From: a virus
Virus record (IMG/VR): IMGVR_UViG_3300033144_005525
Span: 1-31,401 of that record
DNA length: 31,401 nucleotides
Reading direction: 5' to 3' (one strand)
Made by a program: the position numbers and the translations under genes
Notes under the pieces: model-generated
Told to the model about the DNA's origin: nothing
Seen by the model: only the letters and a program-made list of their open reading frames with translations
The model's database searches: none
Shown: in pieces, positions 1 through 8,966 of the stretch
Layout: each line of letters begins with the position of its first letter
Numbering within the stretch: position 1 is the stretch's first letter

Positions 1-57
1 AACTCCGAGAGGAGCTCCGAAGGGCTCAATACCATATGCGCCCAGGCCAAATGCCAT
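1..57 (-). CDS. N-terminal fragment of the next structural gene (MAFGLGAYGIEPFGAPLGV...), runs off the window edge
   Basis: ATG at 57, 9 nt after the stop of the upstream gene; open to the window edge; Gly/aromatic-rich start; too short for the ORF track. Confidence 0.55.
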   Translation of the reverse strand, partial: MAFGLGAYGIEPFGAPLGV

Positions 58-66
58 GGGACCAAC

Positions 67-1593
67 CTAGCCGACTCTCCGCACAGTGACTTCGGAGCCT
101 TCGAGGATTCCGCTCGCAAGTGTGCAGATGAAATCCAGCGACGTGAGGTTGGCAGCAGCATCTTCCCAGTTACCAGACACGTCGATGTTATTTATCCAGC
201 TAGAGGCACCAAACTGATGAGCATTGGTGGCCCTGAAGCCACGCCGAACCGCAACTCCGTTGATTGTACGTGCCGCCCAGAAACGCATTTTGACGCGCAG
301 TACGTTGTGACCAGTTGCCGAACCACTGGAGTTGAACTGTCCGTTTGAGTCATCGACCGCCGACCCTCCCGAGACCACACGCTCCGTGTTCATGTTCGTC
401 GTAGAACCGTTGGGGGCTATATCCACGTCTTGTGCGCTCAGAGAAGTGATCAGCGTGCCGCTGATCTCGTACTCACCGTCCGTGTCGCCATCGAGCCCGG
501 TGAGGGAAAGCGTGGTGGCGTCGGCAGTCAGCACCGTTCTGGAAACGATGTTCGAGCTGTTCGTGCGCTTCAAGCGGTAGAGCGAGAAGCGAGCTCCCTC
601 TTTGATAGCACTGGCAACCGACGCCGTGATGTCGAGCGACGTGATGTTGGTTGCCGTATCAGCCCATCTTCCCGAAGTAAGGATGACGTAATCCGCTGAC
701 GCGGATATCTGCGCATCCTGTCCGTGGAAAAACCTGTTCTGGCCCGTCTTTGCAGATAGCCAACATCGGCCAGAATTCTCGTCACCAGAGATAGGCGCCG
801 CGATTAGCAGACTGGAGAGCGTTGCATCATCGAGCGAGGTTCCACCGAAGATCCTGGCCCCTGTCTGGTTGGCGGTAATTCCATTTGGACGCAGAGTGTA
901 GGAGACCGTCCCGACCGGGTCTGGAAAGAAGTACTCCAGGTAGTACTCCTCGTCTTCGTCCCCGTTGAGTCCGTCGAAGGTCACCGTCGTGGTATCGGCG
1001 CCAACCTCGATGGTCTCCAGGTGCTCCAGTGGACCAGCGAGTCCACCAGGTCCGCCCATTTCCATGATGGAAGCAGACGTACCCACACCCGCCCAGGCAG
1101 CGGATGACAGGGTTGTGGCGCCGCCTCCGAGCGCGACAGCTAGACACCTGATCTCGACTTCGATGTCAGTGGAAGGAACAACCAGAGCAAAAGGGGCCAC
1201 GCTGTACCCGGAATCACTGTTGACATTTGCAGAGAAAGGCACGCCTGCCGAACCCAGCACGACATCGTTGGTTACGTCGTGCCAGGAAAACGGTATGCGG
1301 GTCCCATTGTCACCAAGCGAAATGCCCGCCGTGAGGAAGTACGTTCTACCGGCCTTCAGCGTACTGAACCGTCCGACGTTCGTTACTCCATCAACCTCAA
1401 TCCCACGATTCTGCATGACCGTGTCGAACTCAACGACATCATCTACAGCCCATGTCCTTGACTGGTCGGAGGACAGCTTCGCCTGGATGAAGTCCGGCGC
1501 CCCTCGCCCACCCAGGCGTTCAACGAACGTCTTGGTGGCGACATCGTTTGCGTCAACTGGGTCGGGAACTTGCTGGTAGGATTGCTTCGACAT
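67..1593 (-). CDS. Tail fibre / receptor-binding-like protein, paralog 3 (508 aa; modules A-B-B)
   Basis: Likely start MSKQSY at 1593 (TGATG overlap, AAGGAG RBS); Thr/Gly/Ser/Val-rich; shares LKAGRTY module and two LxGDxD..Y...PNG..N...G.W.D...N.TS.D modules with the neighbouring genes. Confidence 0.65.
   Translation of the reverse strand: MSKQSYQQVPDPVDANDVATKTFVERLGGRGAPDFIQAKLSSDQSRTWAVDDVVEFDTVMQNRGIEVDGVTNVGRFSTLKAGRTYFLTAGISLGDNGTRIPFSWHDVTNDVVLGSAGVPFSANVNSDSGYSVAPFALVVPSTDIEVEIRCLAVALGGGATTLSSAAWAGVGTSASIMEMGGPGGLAGPLEHLETIEVGADTTTVTFDGLNGDEDEEYYLEYFFPDPVGTVSYTLRPNGITANQTGARIFGGTSLDDATLSSLLIAAPISGDENSGRCWLSAKTGQNRFFHGQDAQISASADYVILTSGRWADTATNITSLDITASVASAIKEGARFSLYRLKRTNSSNIVSRTVLTADATTLSLTGLDGDTDGEYEISGTLITSLSAQDVDIAPNGSTTNMNTERVVSGGSAVDDSNGQFNSSGSATGHNVLRVKMRFWAARTINGVAVRRGFRATNAHQFGASSWINNIDVSGNWEDAAANLTSLDFICTLASGILEGSEVTVRRVG
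1337..1359. repeat. 23-bp perfect repeat copy 1 (AAGTACGTTCTACCGGCCTTCAG)
   Basis: Identical to 5064-5086; encodes LKAGRTY on the minus strand. Confidence 0.9.
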
Positions 1594-1610
1594 CAGCGGA
1601 TCTCCTTGAT
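1584..1610. repeat. 27-bp gene-junction repeat copy 1
   Basis: GCTTCGACATCAGCGGATCTCCTTGAT, 25/27 identical to 3431-3457; contains RBS plus stop/start overlap. Confidence 0.9.
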
Positions 1611-3440
1611 AGTCGCCCAAGAATTATCCGACTCGATGAACGCAGACGCTGTCCCCGTCAACATTCGGCACTCGACTTCAGAGTCCACAGAAGGTGTAAA
1701 AATGGCTTTTGCCACACTTTGTGTCGCAGCTGGTGATGTCGCAGTCGGTGTGCGACCTATGCCGGCGATCCCCAGCGAGACTGCACCAGTCACGTCGTAC
1801 CACTGATACCGAATCTCAGCAGAACCCGACCCTATTACTACCTGCGAAGAAGCGGTCAATTCATACGTGCGCCCAGCCTTGAGTGTCATAAATTTTCCAG
1901 CCGAGTCTGTGGTAAGCACTTTCGAGCCCAAGTCGGTATCGAAATCGATGGCCGTCACAGCAAACGTGTGGTCCCCGGAGAGTCCAGCCATGATGTACTC
2001 GGAGCCTCGCGCCGGCTGAGCCAACGCTTCGTTGATCAGCGTGACGTTGACCGTGATACCAGGCGTTCCTCCTCCTGTGGTTGTGAGCGAAGTCGTCGCA
2101 ATACCAACCTCGATCTCATCACCCAACGCAAGCTCATGAATGCCCACAGCCTCGATGTCGCGTGCGAAAATGGTGTTCGTCGTATCGAGCGTTGCCGTAA
2201 GGACTGTGACCCCACCCACTTTCAAGTTCACCGTAATCGAACCAGCAGTCACCACGTCGTTGAGAGATGCACTCAGACCGATCGCGCTGCCCTGGTACGT
2301 AGCGTGCCCAGTGGTGTACTCGACCTCGGCATTGGTACCTTGCGAGACCGTGGCGCCAACCTGGCGCTCGTACGTTGAGGCGTTGTCAGCGCGAACGTTG
2401 CTGCTGGTCCGACGCCAAAGGACGAAACGGGCGCCAGCGCGGATCAAGGACGCAACAGTCGAAGTGATATCTATGCTGGTGACGTTGGTTGTCGTATCAG
2501 ACCAGAATCCATAGTTCTGGATGGCATGACGGTTACTACCTCCATCACTCTGAAACTGCTCACACTGAAATGCCCGTTGCTTGCCAGTCTTTGCGTGAAA
2601 CTCAGCTCTGAGACCCTGGACGTATGGTGTTGTGTTTGACTGAGCGAGGTACAGCCTTGAACCAGTGGCCGTTGCGTGGGAGGAACCTGCGTAGTGGCGT
2701 ACTCCTAGCTGGTTGGTCGTTAGTCCATTCGGACGAAACTCGAAATCCCCGGTTCCTCCTGGACTCGGCAAGTAGCCCTCAAGAATATACGTCTCGTCAA
2801 CGTCGCCATCGAGAACACGCCCAAAAGCTCCATCCCCTCCTTCTCCGAAGGACACCGAAGTCTGATCCGCTGTGACCTCGATGATGTCCAAGAATTCCAG
2901 GCCACCGATGACGTTTGCCTGAACCGCGCCTATTTCTTCGATCAAAGCGTGCGTGGAGATGTTGCTGAAGGTCATGCCCGAATCGGTGGCCCACAGCTCG
3001 ACTTCCGTATCTTCCGTCGGTTTGATCACTGCGAGGGCGCATGGTTGAGCGCTAACACCTCCAGTGTTGTTGACAGCGTAGTGGATGGCTTGCTGCCCGA
3101 TCAACGCAGCCCCAGTAATGTCTCTCCACTGTGTCTTGCCAGCAGCGTTAGTCGAGATCCTGCCCCAGCCCAGCAAGCGATAGGTCCGACCTGCCTTGAG
3201 TCCTGAGAACCTTCCAGCAGCACTCACCGCGAGGTCCCCTTGGCTGTCCAAAACAGTGTCGATATCTAACGGCGTGTTGATGGCGGGCGAGTGACCTGTC
3301 CCCATCGTTGCGTGAAGGAAGTCTCCCTGCGCCGCCGCAACGAAACCGCCGCCTCCTCCTGAGGAATCAGCGTACGCCTTGTTGGCTGCGTCTACGTCAT
3401 CGACGGCTGTGGGTGGCGTCTGGTGTGCGAGCTTAGACAT
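1593..3440 (-). CDS. Tail fibre / receptor-binding-like protein, paralog 2 (615 aa; modules A-B-C-A)
   Basis: Likely start MSKLAH at 3440 (TGATG overlap, AAGGAG RBS); DAANKAYAD fibre-like N-terminal motif; two LKAGRTY modules; 124-aa block shared with the upstream gene. Confidence 0.7.
   Translation of the reverse strand: MSKLAHQTPPTAVDDVDAANKAYADSSGGGGGFVAAAQGDFLHATMGTGHSPAINTPLDIDTVLDSQGDLAVSAAGRFSGLKAGRTYRLLGWGRISTNAAGKTQWRDITGAALIGQQAIHYAVNNTGGVSAQPCALAVIKPTEDTEVELWATDSGMTFSNISTHALIEEIGAVQANVIGGLEFLDIIEVTADQTSVSFGEGGDGAFGRVLDGDVDETYILEGYLPSPGGTGDFEFRPNGLTTNQLGVRHYAGSSHATATGSRLYLAQSNTTPYVQGLRAEFHAKTGKQRAFQCEQFQSDGGSNRHAIQNYGFWSDTTTNVTSIDITSTVASLIRAGARFVLWRRTSSNVRADNASTYERQVGATVSQGTNAEVEYTTGHATYQGSAIGLSASLNDVVTAGSITVNLKVGGVTVLTATLDTTNTIFARDIEAVGIHELALGDEIEVGIATTSLTTTGGGTPGITVNVTLINEALAQPARGSEYIMAGLSGDHTFAVTAIDFDTDLGSKVLTTDSAGKFMTLKAGRTYELTASSQVVIGSGSAEIRYQWYDVTGAVSLGIAGIGRTPTATSPAATQSVAKAIFTPSVDSEVECRMLTGTASAFIESDNSWATIKEIR
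2028..2399. repeat. 372-bp duplicated coding module C, copy 1
   Basis: Ungapped match to 3923-4294; 108/124 aa identical by manual count. Confidence 0.9.
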
Positions 3441-3457
3441 CAGAGGATCTCCTTGAT
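3431..3457. repeat. 27-bp gene-junction repeat copy 2
   Basis: GCTTAGACATCAGAGGATCTCCTTGAT, 25/27 identical to 1584-1610. Confidence 0.9.
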
Positions 3458-6163
3458 CCACACCCGAGAGCGGAGGTAGTAGAAACGCTGTAAACCGCCC
3501 GTCGTAATCACGTCGAGCTTGATGGTGATGTCGGCCACTGGCTCAAAAATATGCGTGGATGTACAAAGCGTCACGTTGTCGGTTCCAACGTTGTCGTACA
3601 GCAGGAAACCCCCCATCTCAAGGCCCAGAACATCCACGAGAGCGGAGTCATCGGAATCATCTCGCCACTGAACATGGCAACCGCCTTCGTTCACGAGCGG
3701 GTTCAGGTGCGCGTACAGCTCATAGCGCTTGCCACCCTCCAAGGTGAACAGCCCGTTGTTTTGGCTCGGTACGGCGTCGGGCGCGGTGAGCGTGATAGAT
3801 GTCCCACGCGAGTCCTCCACGTTCCACTCGATATGGTGGTTCACCGATTTGTTTACTGTCTGATCTTCGCTGAGCCCAGCGTACAAGTAATCGAACGCAG
3901 TCTCTGGCGGTTGCGAAATCCCTTCATTGACCAGCGTGACGTTGACCGTGATGCCTGGAGTGCCTGCGCCCGTCGTGACAAGAGAGGTTGTCGCAATGCC
4001 AATCTCGATCTCGTCACCCGCCACCAAGTCATGAACACCGACGGATTCAATGTCCCGGTCGAAAATGGTGTTCGTCGTGTCGAGCGTCGCCGTGAGAACC
4101 GTGACCCCACCCACCTTCAAGTTGACAGTGATCGAACCGGCCGTCACCACGTCGTTGAGAGACGCGCTCACGCCGATTGCACTGCCTTGGAAAGTCGCGT
4201 GCCCCGTCGTGTACTCGACTTCGGCATTGGTTCCCTGCGCGACTGTGGCTTCCACGTTGCGCTCGTACGTCGAAGCGCTGTCGGCCCGCACGTTGTTGGT
4301 GGTTACACGATACAACGTGAAGACAGACCCGGGTTCGAACGTTGTACCAGCAATGGCAACCACGAGACTCGTGATGTTGGTGCTCGTGTCGTCCCACTTA
4401 CCCCCGCAGTGGTGATCCTTCAGATCAGTCGTCGCTACACCGGGTTCCGTGTTGATGCTGTCCGACAGCCAGTGTCGTGGTTGTCCCGTCTTCGCATCAA
4501 GGGATGCCTTGAAATACCCGAACTGTGCAGTGGCATCAGAGATGAGCAACGTCGCGTTTGTGCCCTGAAACAAACCAGCACTGGTCAAGTTCCTTCGCAC
4601 CGACATCTGGTTCGCAGTAATCGCATTTGGCTGAAGCGTGATGTCGTTGGCTGTATTCCCCGGCTTCACAATTCGACCGACCACCACGTACTGCTCATCC
4701 GCGTCTCCATCGAGAGCACGAAGGAGCGCACCGTCCCCGGTGGCACCGAACGTCACCGAAGCGGCGGATGCTCCAACAACGATCTGGTCCATATACTCCA
4801 GGCCGCCGATGACGTTGGCTTGGACTGCGCCAATCTCGATAACCGCGCCCCATGAATCCGACCCGTCCGAGTTGGCAGGACTTGACTGTATCCAGTTGAT
4901 TCGCAGCTCAACTGTAGTGTCAACGAGTGGCGTGAAAATTTCGTGAGTGTTAGCAGCCCTCCAAGTTGTGGCCGTAGCCGCCTGACCAAGCCAAACCGAA
5001 TTAGTTACATCGTACCAACGGACCCCCATGTTGTCGGTAGAGGAGCGCATCCGACCTATGAGTAAGTACGTTCTACCGGCCTTCAGTCCAACGAACTGAT
5101 TGCCTGAACTCGATAGGTCTCCGCGCTGTCGATCAACAGTGTCGAGATTGGCTGAATCTCCAACAACAATGCCCGTCTGCGAAGAACCCAGCTTCGACAG
5201 ATAGTCACCCAATGCCGCCGTGACAGGCTCAGCACTACCGCTCTCGTCCTGCCAAGTGGCTGTTGTGGCAGCGGTGGCCTTGAGCACCTGGCCGACGCTC
5301 GGAGGCGCTGCTGCAGCCACGTCCACGTCCGCGCCGGTGGTCGCCAGAGCTTCCGCCGTGGTGCCTCCTGATGGAGGAACAGCAAAGCTCCCATCAGCAC
5401 GAAGGAAATCCGTCGTGCCTCCGGGGTACTTCTGCATCAGACCATGAACAGAGGTGCTGGCATCCAGATCCGTGTTGTCGTCAGGGACCGCCAAATCGTC
5501 GAGTTTCACTGCATCTGGTTGACCCTCACCATGATCAGCCGCATGAAGCTTTGCATGATGATCGTCGGTCGTCTTACCTGTCGTGTCTGTATGAGCATGC
5601 GTGTGTGCTGTCGGTGTACGAGCGTCGGTGTTCCTGGAGTCGGAGTCCGTGACGTAGGGATTGCCCGCTGCAGGGGCTCCGTCTGTACCTGCGAGTGCGT
5701 CGTTCTCATCTGCTGATGGGAGCTGAGCATCCAGAGGACGGAGCAAGGCATCCAGGCGCGGCCCGTAGCCAGCTACGCCATCGAACTGAAGTGTCTCTCC
5801 CAGACCCAGGAGCTGGTTGCCTCCCGGTTGGGCGATCGCCAGACCACCCTGCGTGGAGACCTTGTTCCCGTCCGCATCCAGAGTGTAGGACTTGGTCCCA
5901 TCTCCATACTCCACGAAGGCCAGGTAGGCTCCCTCTTCTCCAACAGCAGGAGTGAAGGTAGGGAGCTCGGCAGTGGTAGAGGACAGGACAACTGTGGACC
6001 CATCGGGTACGAGCAGTGTCCACAACCGTCCAGGAACTGCACCTGGATTTGCTGGGTCACTCAGAGTCACTACCTGGCCAGTGACGCCATCGACACGAGA
6101 TGATCCAGGAGTACCGGCTCCTAGAGTGACCTGATCAATCAGGATAGTGACTGGGTTAGCCAT
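3440..6163 (-). CDS. Long tail fibre-like protein, paralog 1 (907 aa; N-terminal anchor/Ig-like region, His-rich segment, modules A-B-C-A')
   Basis: HTHAH/DDHH His-rich stretch, TTDFLRADGSFAVP and GQVLKATAATTATWQ fibre-type motifs, modules shared with the two downstream genes. Confidence 0.75.
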   Translation of the reverse strand: MANPVTILIDQVTLGAGTPGSSRVDGVTGQVVTLSDPANPGAVPGRLWTLLVPDGSTVVLSSTTAELPTFTPAVGEEGAYLAFVEYGDGTKSYTLDADGNKVSTQGGLAIAQPGGNQLLGLGETLQFDGVAGYGPRLDALLRPLDAQLPSADENDALAGTDGAPAAGNPYVTDSDSRNTDARTPTAHTHAHTDTTGKTTDDHHAKLHAADHGEGQPDAVKLDDLAVPDDNTDLDASTSVHGLMQKYPGGTTDFLRADGSFAVPPSGGTTAEALATTGADVDVAAAAPPSVGQVLKATAATTATWQDESGSAEPVTAALGDYLSKLGSSQTGIVVGDSANLDTVDRQRGDLSSSGNQFVGLKAGRTYLLIGRMRSSTDNMGVRWYDVTNSVWLGQAATATTWRAANTHEIFTPLVDTTVELRINWIQSSPANSDGSDSWGAVIEIGAVQANVIGGLEYMDQIVVGASAASVTFGATGDGALLRALDGDADEQYVVVGRIVKPGNTANDITLQPNAITANQMSVRRNLTSAGLFQGTNATLLISDATAQFGYFKASLDAKTGQPRHWLSDSINTEPGVATTDLKDHHCGGKWDDTSTNITSLVVAIAGTTFEPGSVFTLYRVTTNNVRADSASTYERNVEATVAQGTNAEVEYTTGHATFQGSAIGVSASLNDVVTAGSITVNLKVGGVTVLTATLDTTNTIFDRDIESVGVHDLVAGDEIEIGIATTSLVTTGAGTPGITVNVTLVNEGISQPPETAFDYLYAGLSEDQTVNKSVNHHIEWNVEDSRGTSITLTAPDAVPSQNNGLFTLEGGKRYELYAHLNPLVNEGGCHVQWRDDSDDSALVDVLGLEMGGFLLYDNVGTDNVTLCTSTHIFEPVADITIKLDVITTGGLQRFYYLRSRVWIKEIL
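3923..4294. repeat. 372-bp duplicated coding module C, copy 2
   Basis: Ungapped match to 2028-2399. Confidence 0.9.
5064..5086. repeat. 23-bp perfect repeat copy 2
   Basis: Identical to 1337-1359. Confidence 0.9.
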
Positions 6164-6169
6164 GGTGAC

Positions 6170-6757
6170 CTATACAGGATCCCGTTCGAAGATAGTCGTA
6201 TTCGTAGGGATCCCGCCTTCATCCTTCAGATTGAATGTCCTGAAAACAGTCACCCCGTCATCTTCGTACAGCTTGAGTTGAGTGCCCTCGATCTTCCATC
6301 TACCTAATGCCGCTTGTCGAGTTTCCGGAATGTCATCGACGTAGTCTCCCCAGTACAACGATTTGTATTGATCGAGAGCTAAAGCATCGTTCGACGAGGC
6401 TTTGATGACCCACTCTCCCTCTTGGAAGCTAGCCAGAGGTACTGAGGCTTTCCAGTGATCGACGTCCGCATCAAAAGTTGGAGTAGGTGGAGAAGGAAGA
6501 AGAGTGTTGTCTGGACGTTTGATCACCAAAGTGATCGAGTCCGTTCCAATGATGCGAGCACCGGAAGCGGTGTAGAACGCAGGGAAGGTGATACGGAGAT
6601 CTTCTGTAGAAATGAATTGAGACTTCATATCATCCTCAAGCAGAACTAGTAAAAAGTTCCCTGATGGGCCGAGTAACAGAAGACTCCCACCGAGAGAGTT
6701 GTCTGGAGCACCTCCGGCTGGATTTGGGAGATCAACGAATCCACCATCTACGGCCAT
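6170..6757 (-). CDS. Putative virion structural protein (195 aa)
   Basis: Fits the operon with short gaps; beta-rich middle; C-terminal GRWKIEGTQLKLYEDDGVTVFRTFNLKD segment. Confidence 0.6.
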   Translation of the reverse strand: MAVDGGFVDLPNPAGGAPDNSLGGSLLLLGPSGNFLLVLLEDDMKSQFISTEDLRITFPAFYTASGARIIGTDSITLVIKRPDNTLLPSPPTPTFDADVDHWKASVPLASFQEGEWVIKASSNDALALDQYKSLYWGDYVDDIPETRQAALGRWKIEGTQLKLYEDDGVTVFRTFNLKDEGGIPTNTTIFERDPV

Positions 6758-6760
6758 GAC

Positions 6761-6967
6761 TTACTCGACTATGCCTGGGTCTTTCTGATCTACGACAGTG
6801 CGAACCAAAGCTGCTATCCCAGCATCGTTAGCCGACAGAGTCTCGACCACGACCAAGCCTGCATCATCCACACGAACCAACACAGCGTTCCCTGGTGATA
6901 CGTCTCGCACCGAGATGGTCTCGCTCCATTGTCCCTTTGCAATGACTTTGATATCTGCACTTGCCAT
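6761..6967 (-). CDS. Small hypothetical protein (68 aa, MASADIKVIAKG...)
   Basis: TAATG overlap with the upstream stop at 6967; AGGTG RBS-like sequence. Confidence 0.6.
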   Translation of the reverse strand: MASADIKVIAKGQWSETISVRDVSPGNAVLVRVDDAGLVVVETLSANDAGIAALVRTVVDQKDPGIVE

Positions 6968-7962
6968 TAGGTCACCTGCGGTAGCGTTCCATCCCACGGA
7001 ACAATGACGTCACTGAATTGTGCGAACAAATGCGTTCCAGTTCCAGGATACGTCGTGCCATTCACAACGTTTGCTCGTCCGAACCACACATCTGGAATTC
7101 GTCCAATAACTCCAGACGCTCCGGCAGTCCCACTAACGACCACCGTTGGGAGTATTGGATTACAGGCATCCAGCTCATTGGCGATGGTGATGCGCTCACC
7201 TACTGAATCACTCACTGTACCTTCACAGGCTAGTGAGCACGACATCAGAACTCCCCCATCAGTGACACGCATGAGCCCTTGCTCTGCATTGTGCATCGTC
7301 GCGTAGTTGGCTGCGTTTACATCTGCGCCTTGAGAAAGGAAAGAGCCAAGACGTCGATTGATCCAACTAACTTGCGGTATTGCAAAACCAGTTACTGGAT
7401 CCAACAGAGTATCAACAAACCACTTGGCGTAAGGCGCTCCTCCACGGAACGTAAACAACCTAGTATGTAGGTTGTCGGTACTCTGCATAATGTGGACAAC
7501 AGACTGAGCACTACCCGAATAGTTACTGGTAAGAAATCCTCCAGCACTGATTATGGTCGATCGATTAGGAGATGTCGGTATAGCTGTATTGGAGCCTCCA
7601 CTAAAGTCAGAGAGAGGGCTCCAGTATAAGTACACTGTGTAGTGAGCCAACAAAGAGCTTCCTTGAATGCGTCGATCTTCCCACAGAATCTGCTGCCCAC
7701 CTGGGCTCTGCATAACGATCCAGCTACGCGCTCCTGATCCAGACGAACTAGAAACAATGTCCCCTAGATCGATCCAACGATCTACACCGTCCATGTCTCC
7801 AGTTACTGCATCACTGGAACCAGCTATAGTCCACCCGAAGGTGGTCTTCAGCATGTTTTTGATGGCGAAGATTGCCTGCTGTCCAGCAGAAGATCCGCTC
7901 CCAGTTACCGTGAACATGTCGTAGGTCCAAGACAATTCCGGCGTAGGTAGTGTGCAAGCCAC
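6967..7962 (-). CDS. Putative virion protein, paralog B (331 aa)
   Basis: GTG start overlapping the upstream TAG, GGAG RBS; full-length similarity to 7962-8966 (WTxAGS.D.VT..MD.VDRW, RSWIV.Q, GRIPD.WFG, FAQF.D.IVPW.G). Confidence 0.7.
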   Translation of the reverse strand: MACTLPTPELSWTYDMFTVTGSGSSAGQQAIFAIKNMLKTTFGWTIAGSSDAVTGDMDGVDRWIDLGDIVSSSSGSGARSWIVMQSPGGQQILWEDRRIQGSSLLAHYTVYLYWSPLSDFSGGSNTAIPTSPNRSTIISAGGFLTSNYSGSAQSVVHIMQSTDNLHTRLFTFRGGAPYAKWFVDTLLDPVTGFAIPQVSWINRRLGSFLSQGADVNAANYATMHNAEQGLMRVTDGGVLMSCSLACEGTVSDSVGERITIANELDACNPILPTVVVSGTAGASGVIGRIPDVWFGRANVVNGTTYPGTGTHLFAQFSDVIVPWDGTLPQVT

Positions 7963-8966
7963 TATGCGATCTCCGGGATGACGCCGTTCCAAGGAACGAT
8001 CAGGTCACCGAACTGAGCAAACTGATACGTGTTGTCGGCGGGGAACGGAGTACCTGTGACGGTTGCTGCATTACCGAACCACAGATCCGGTATCCGTCCC
8101 AGACGTCCACGAGCTCCTACGGTCGTGGACACGATACCGATGGGCAAAAATGGATCCTCTCCTGTGAAGGAATTTGGAACCAACAAGCGTTGTCCCACAC
8201 CATCGTTCACACTGGCCCACGTTGATAACGATGCGTTGAGTTGTACACCTCCGGCCGACACGACTCCCTGGAACGTTTCTGCGTCGAACAGCTCAGAGTA
8301 CGATGGAGCCCTGGTTTCTGTGGACGTGGCTGCGTGTGAGGCATCCGCCACGTAAGGCAGCGTCCAAGCGGCTGCCACGTCCACAACCTTAGTGAAGATC
8401 CAACGAGCTGTACAAAGACTATTCCTCGTGAACAACACAATGGTCGCAGCACCATCGGTCGTGCTCAACACATGGACTTTGAAGGTTGCTCCGCCGTTGA
8501 TGTCTGCGAGCCACGCGTTCGAACACAACGTACGGTTATCTGTTGCAGTAGGTTGCGTGGTTGTGGTTCCACCCACATATCCACCACTAGGAGACCACTG
8601 GATGTAGATATCTCGTGCGGAGTTTCCAGACCCTCCCGGGTTGTCAGTGCGACGACAGTCGATTAGAAGCTGCCCACCATCTACGTTCTGCAGCACAATC
8701 CAACTGCGAAGCTTTGTGCCAGAGTCGCTCGTAGAGAACTTGATGTCTGTGTCCGGATCAGTCCAGCGGTCTACGGCATCCATCCCAGCGGTGACCGTGT
8801 CGTTTGATCCAGCGACTGTCCATGGATTCAACGCGAAGCCAATCATGGACTGCTTCACCGCAAAGAGAACCTCACGGTGATGATCTTCCCGACTCGTACC
8901 AGACACGAGTTGGTTGACGTCGTGTTGCCACGCCTTCTCCAACGTCGGTAATCCGAACAGAGCCAT
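7962..8966 (-). CDS. Putative virion protein, paralog A (334 aa)
   Basis: TGATG overlap, AGGGAG RBS; paralog of the downstream gene; located among structural genes. Confidence 0.7.
   Translation of the reverse strand: MALFGLPTLEKAWQHDVNQLVSGTSREDHHREVLFAVKQSMIGFALNPWTVAGSNDTVTAGMDAVDRWTDPDTDIKFSTSDSGTKLRSWIVLQNVDGGQLLIDCRRTDNPGGSGNSARDIYIQWSPSGGYVGGTTTTQPTATDNRTLCSNAWLADINGGATFKVHVLSTTDGAATIVLFTRNSLCTARWIFTKVVDVAAAWTLPYVADASHAATSTETRAPSYSELFDAETFQGVVSAGGVQLNASLSTWASVNDGVGQRLLVPNSFTGEDPFLPIGIVSTTVGARGRLGRIPDLWFGNAATVTGTPFPADNTYQFAQFGDLIVPWNGVIPEIA

Noticed and set aside
2028-4294. Diversity-generating retroelement TR/VR pair
   Set aside because: Mismatches involve all bases and are mostly synonymous third positions, both copies are coding and internal, and there is no reverse transcriptase in the window
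3551-4855. 434-aa plus-strand ORF (and others such as 965-1579, 10066-10887, 10818-11516)
   Set aside because: Antisense shadows of well-supported minus-strand genes, with no RBS or recognisable motifs
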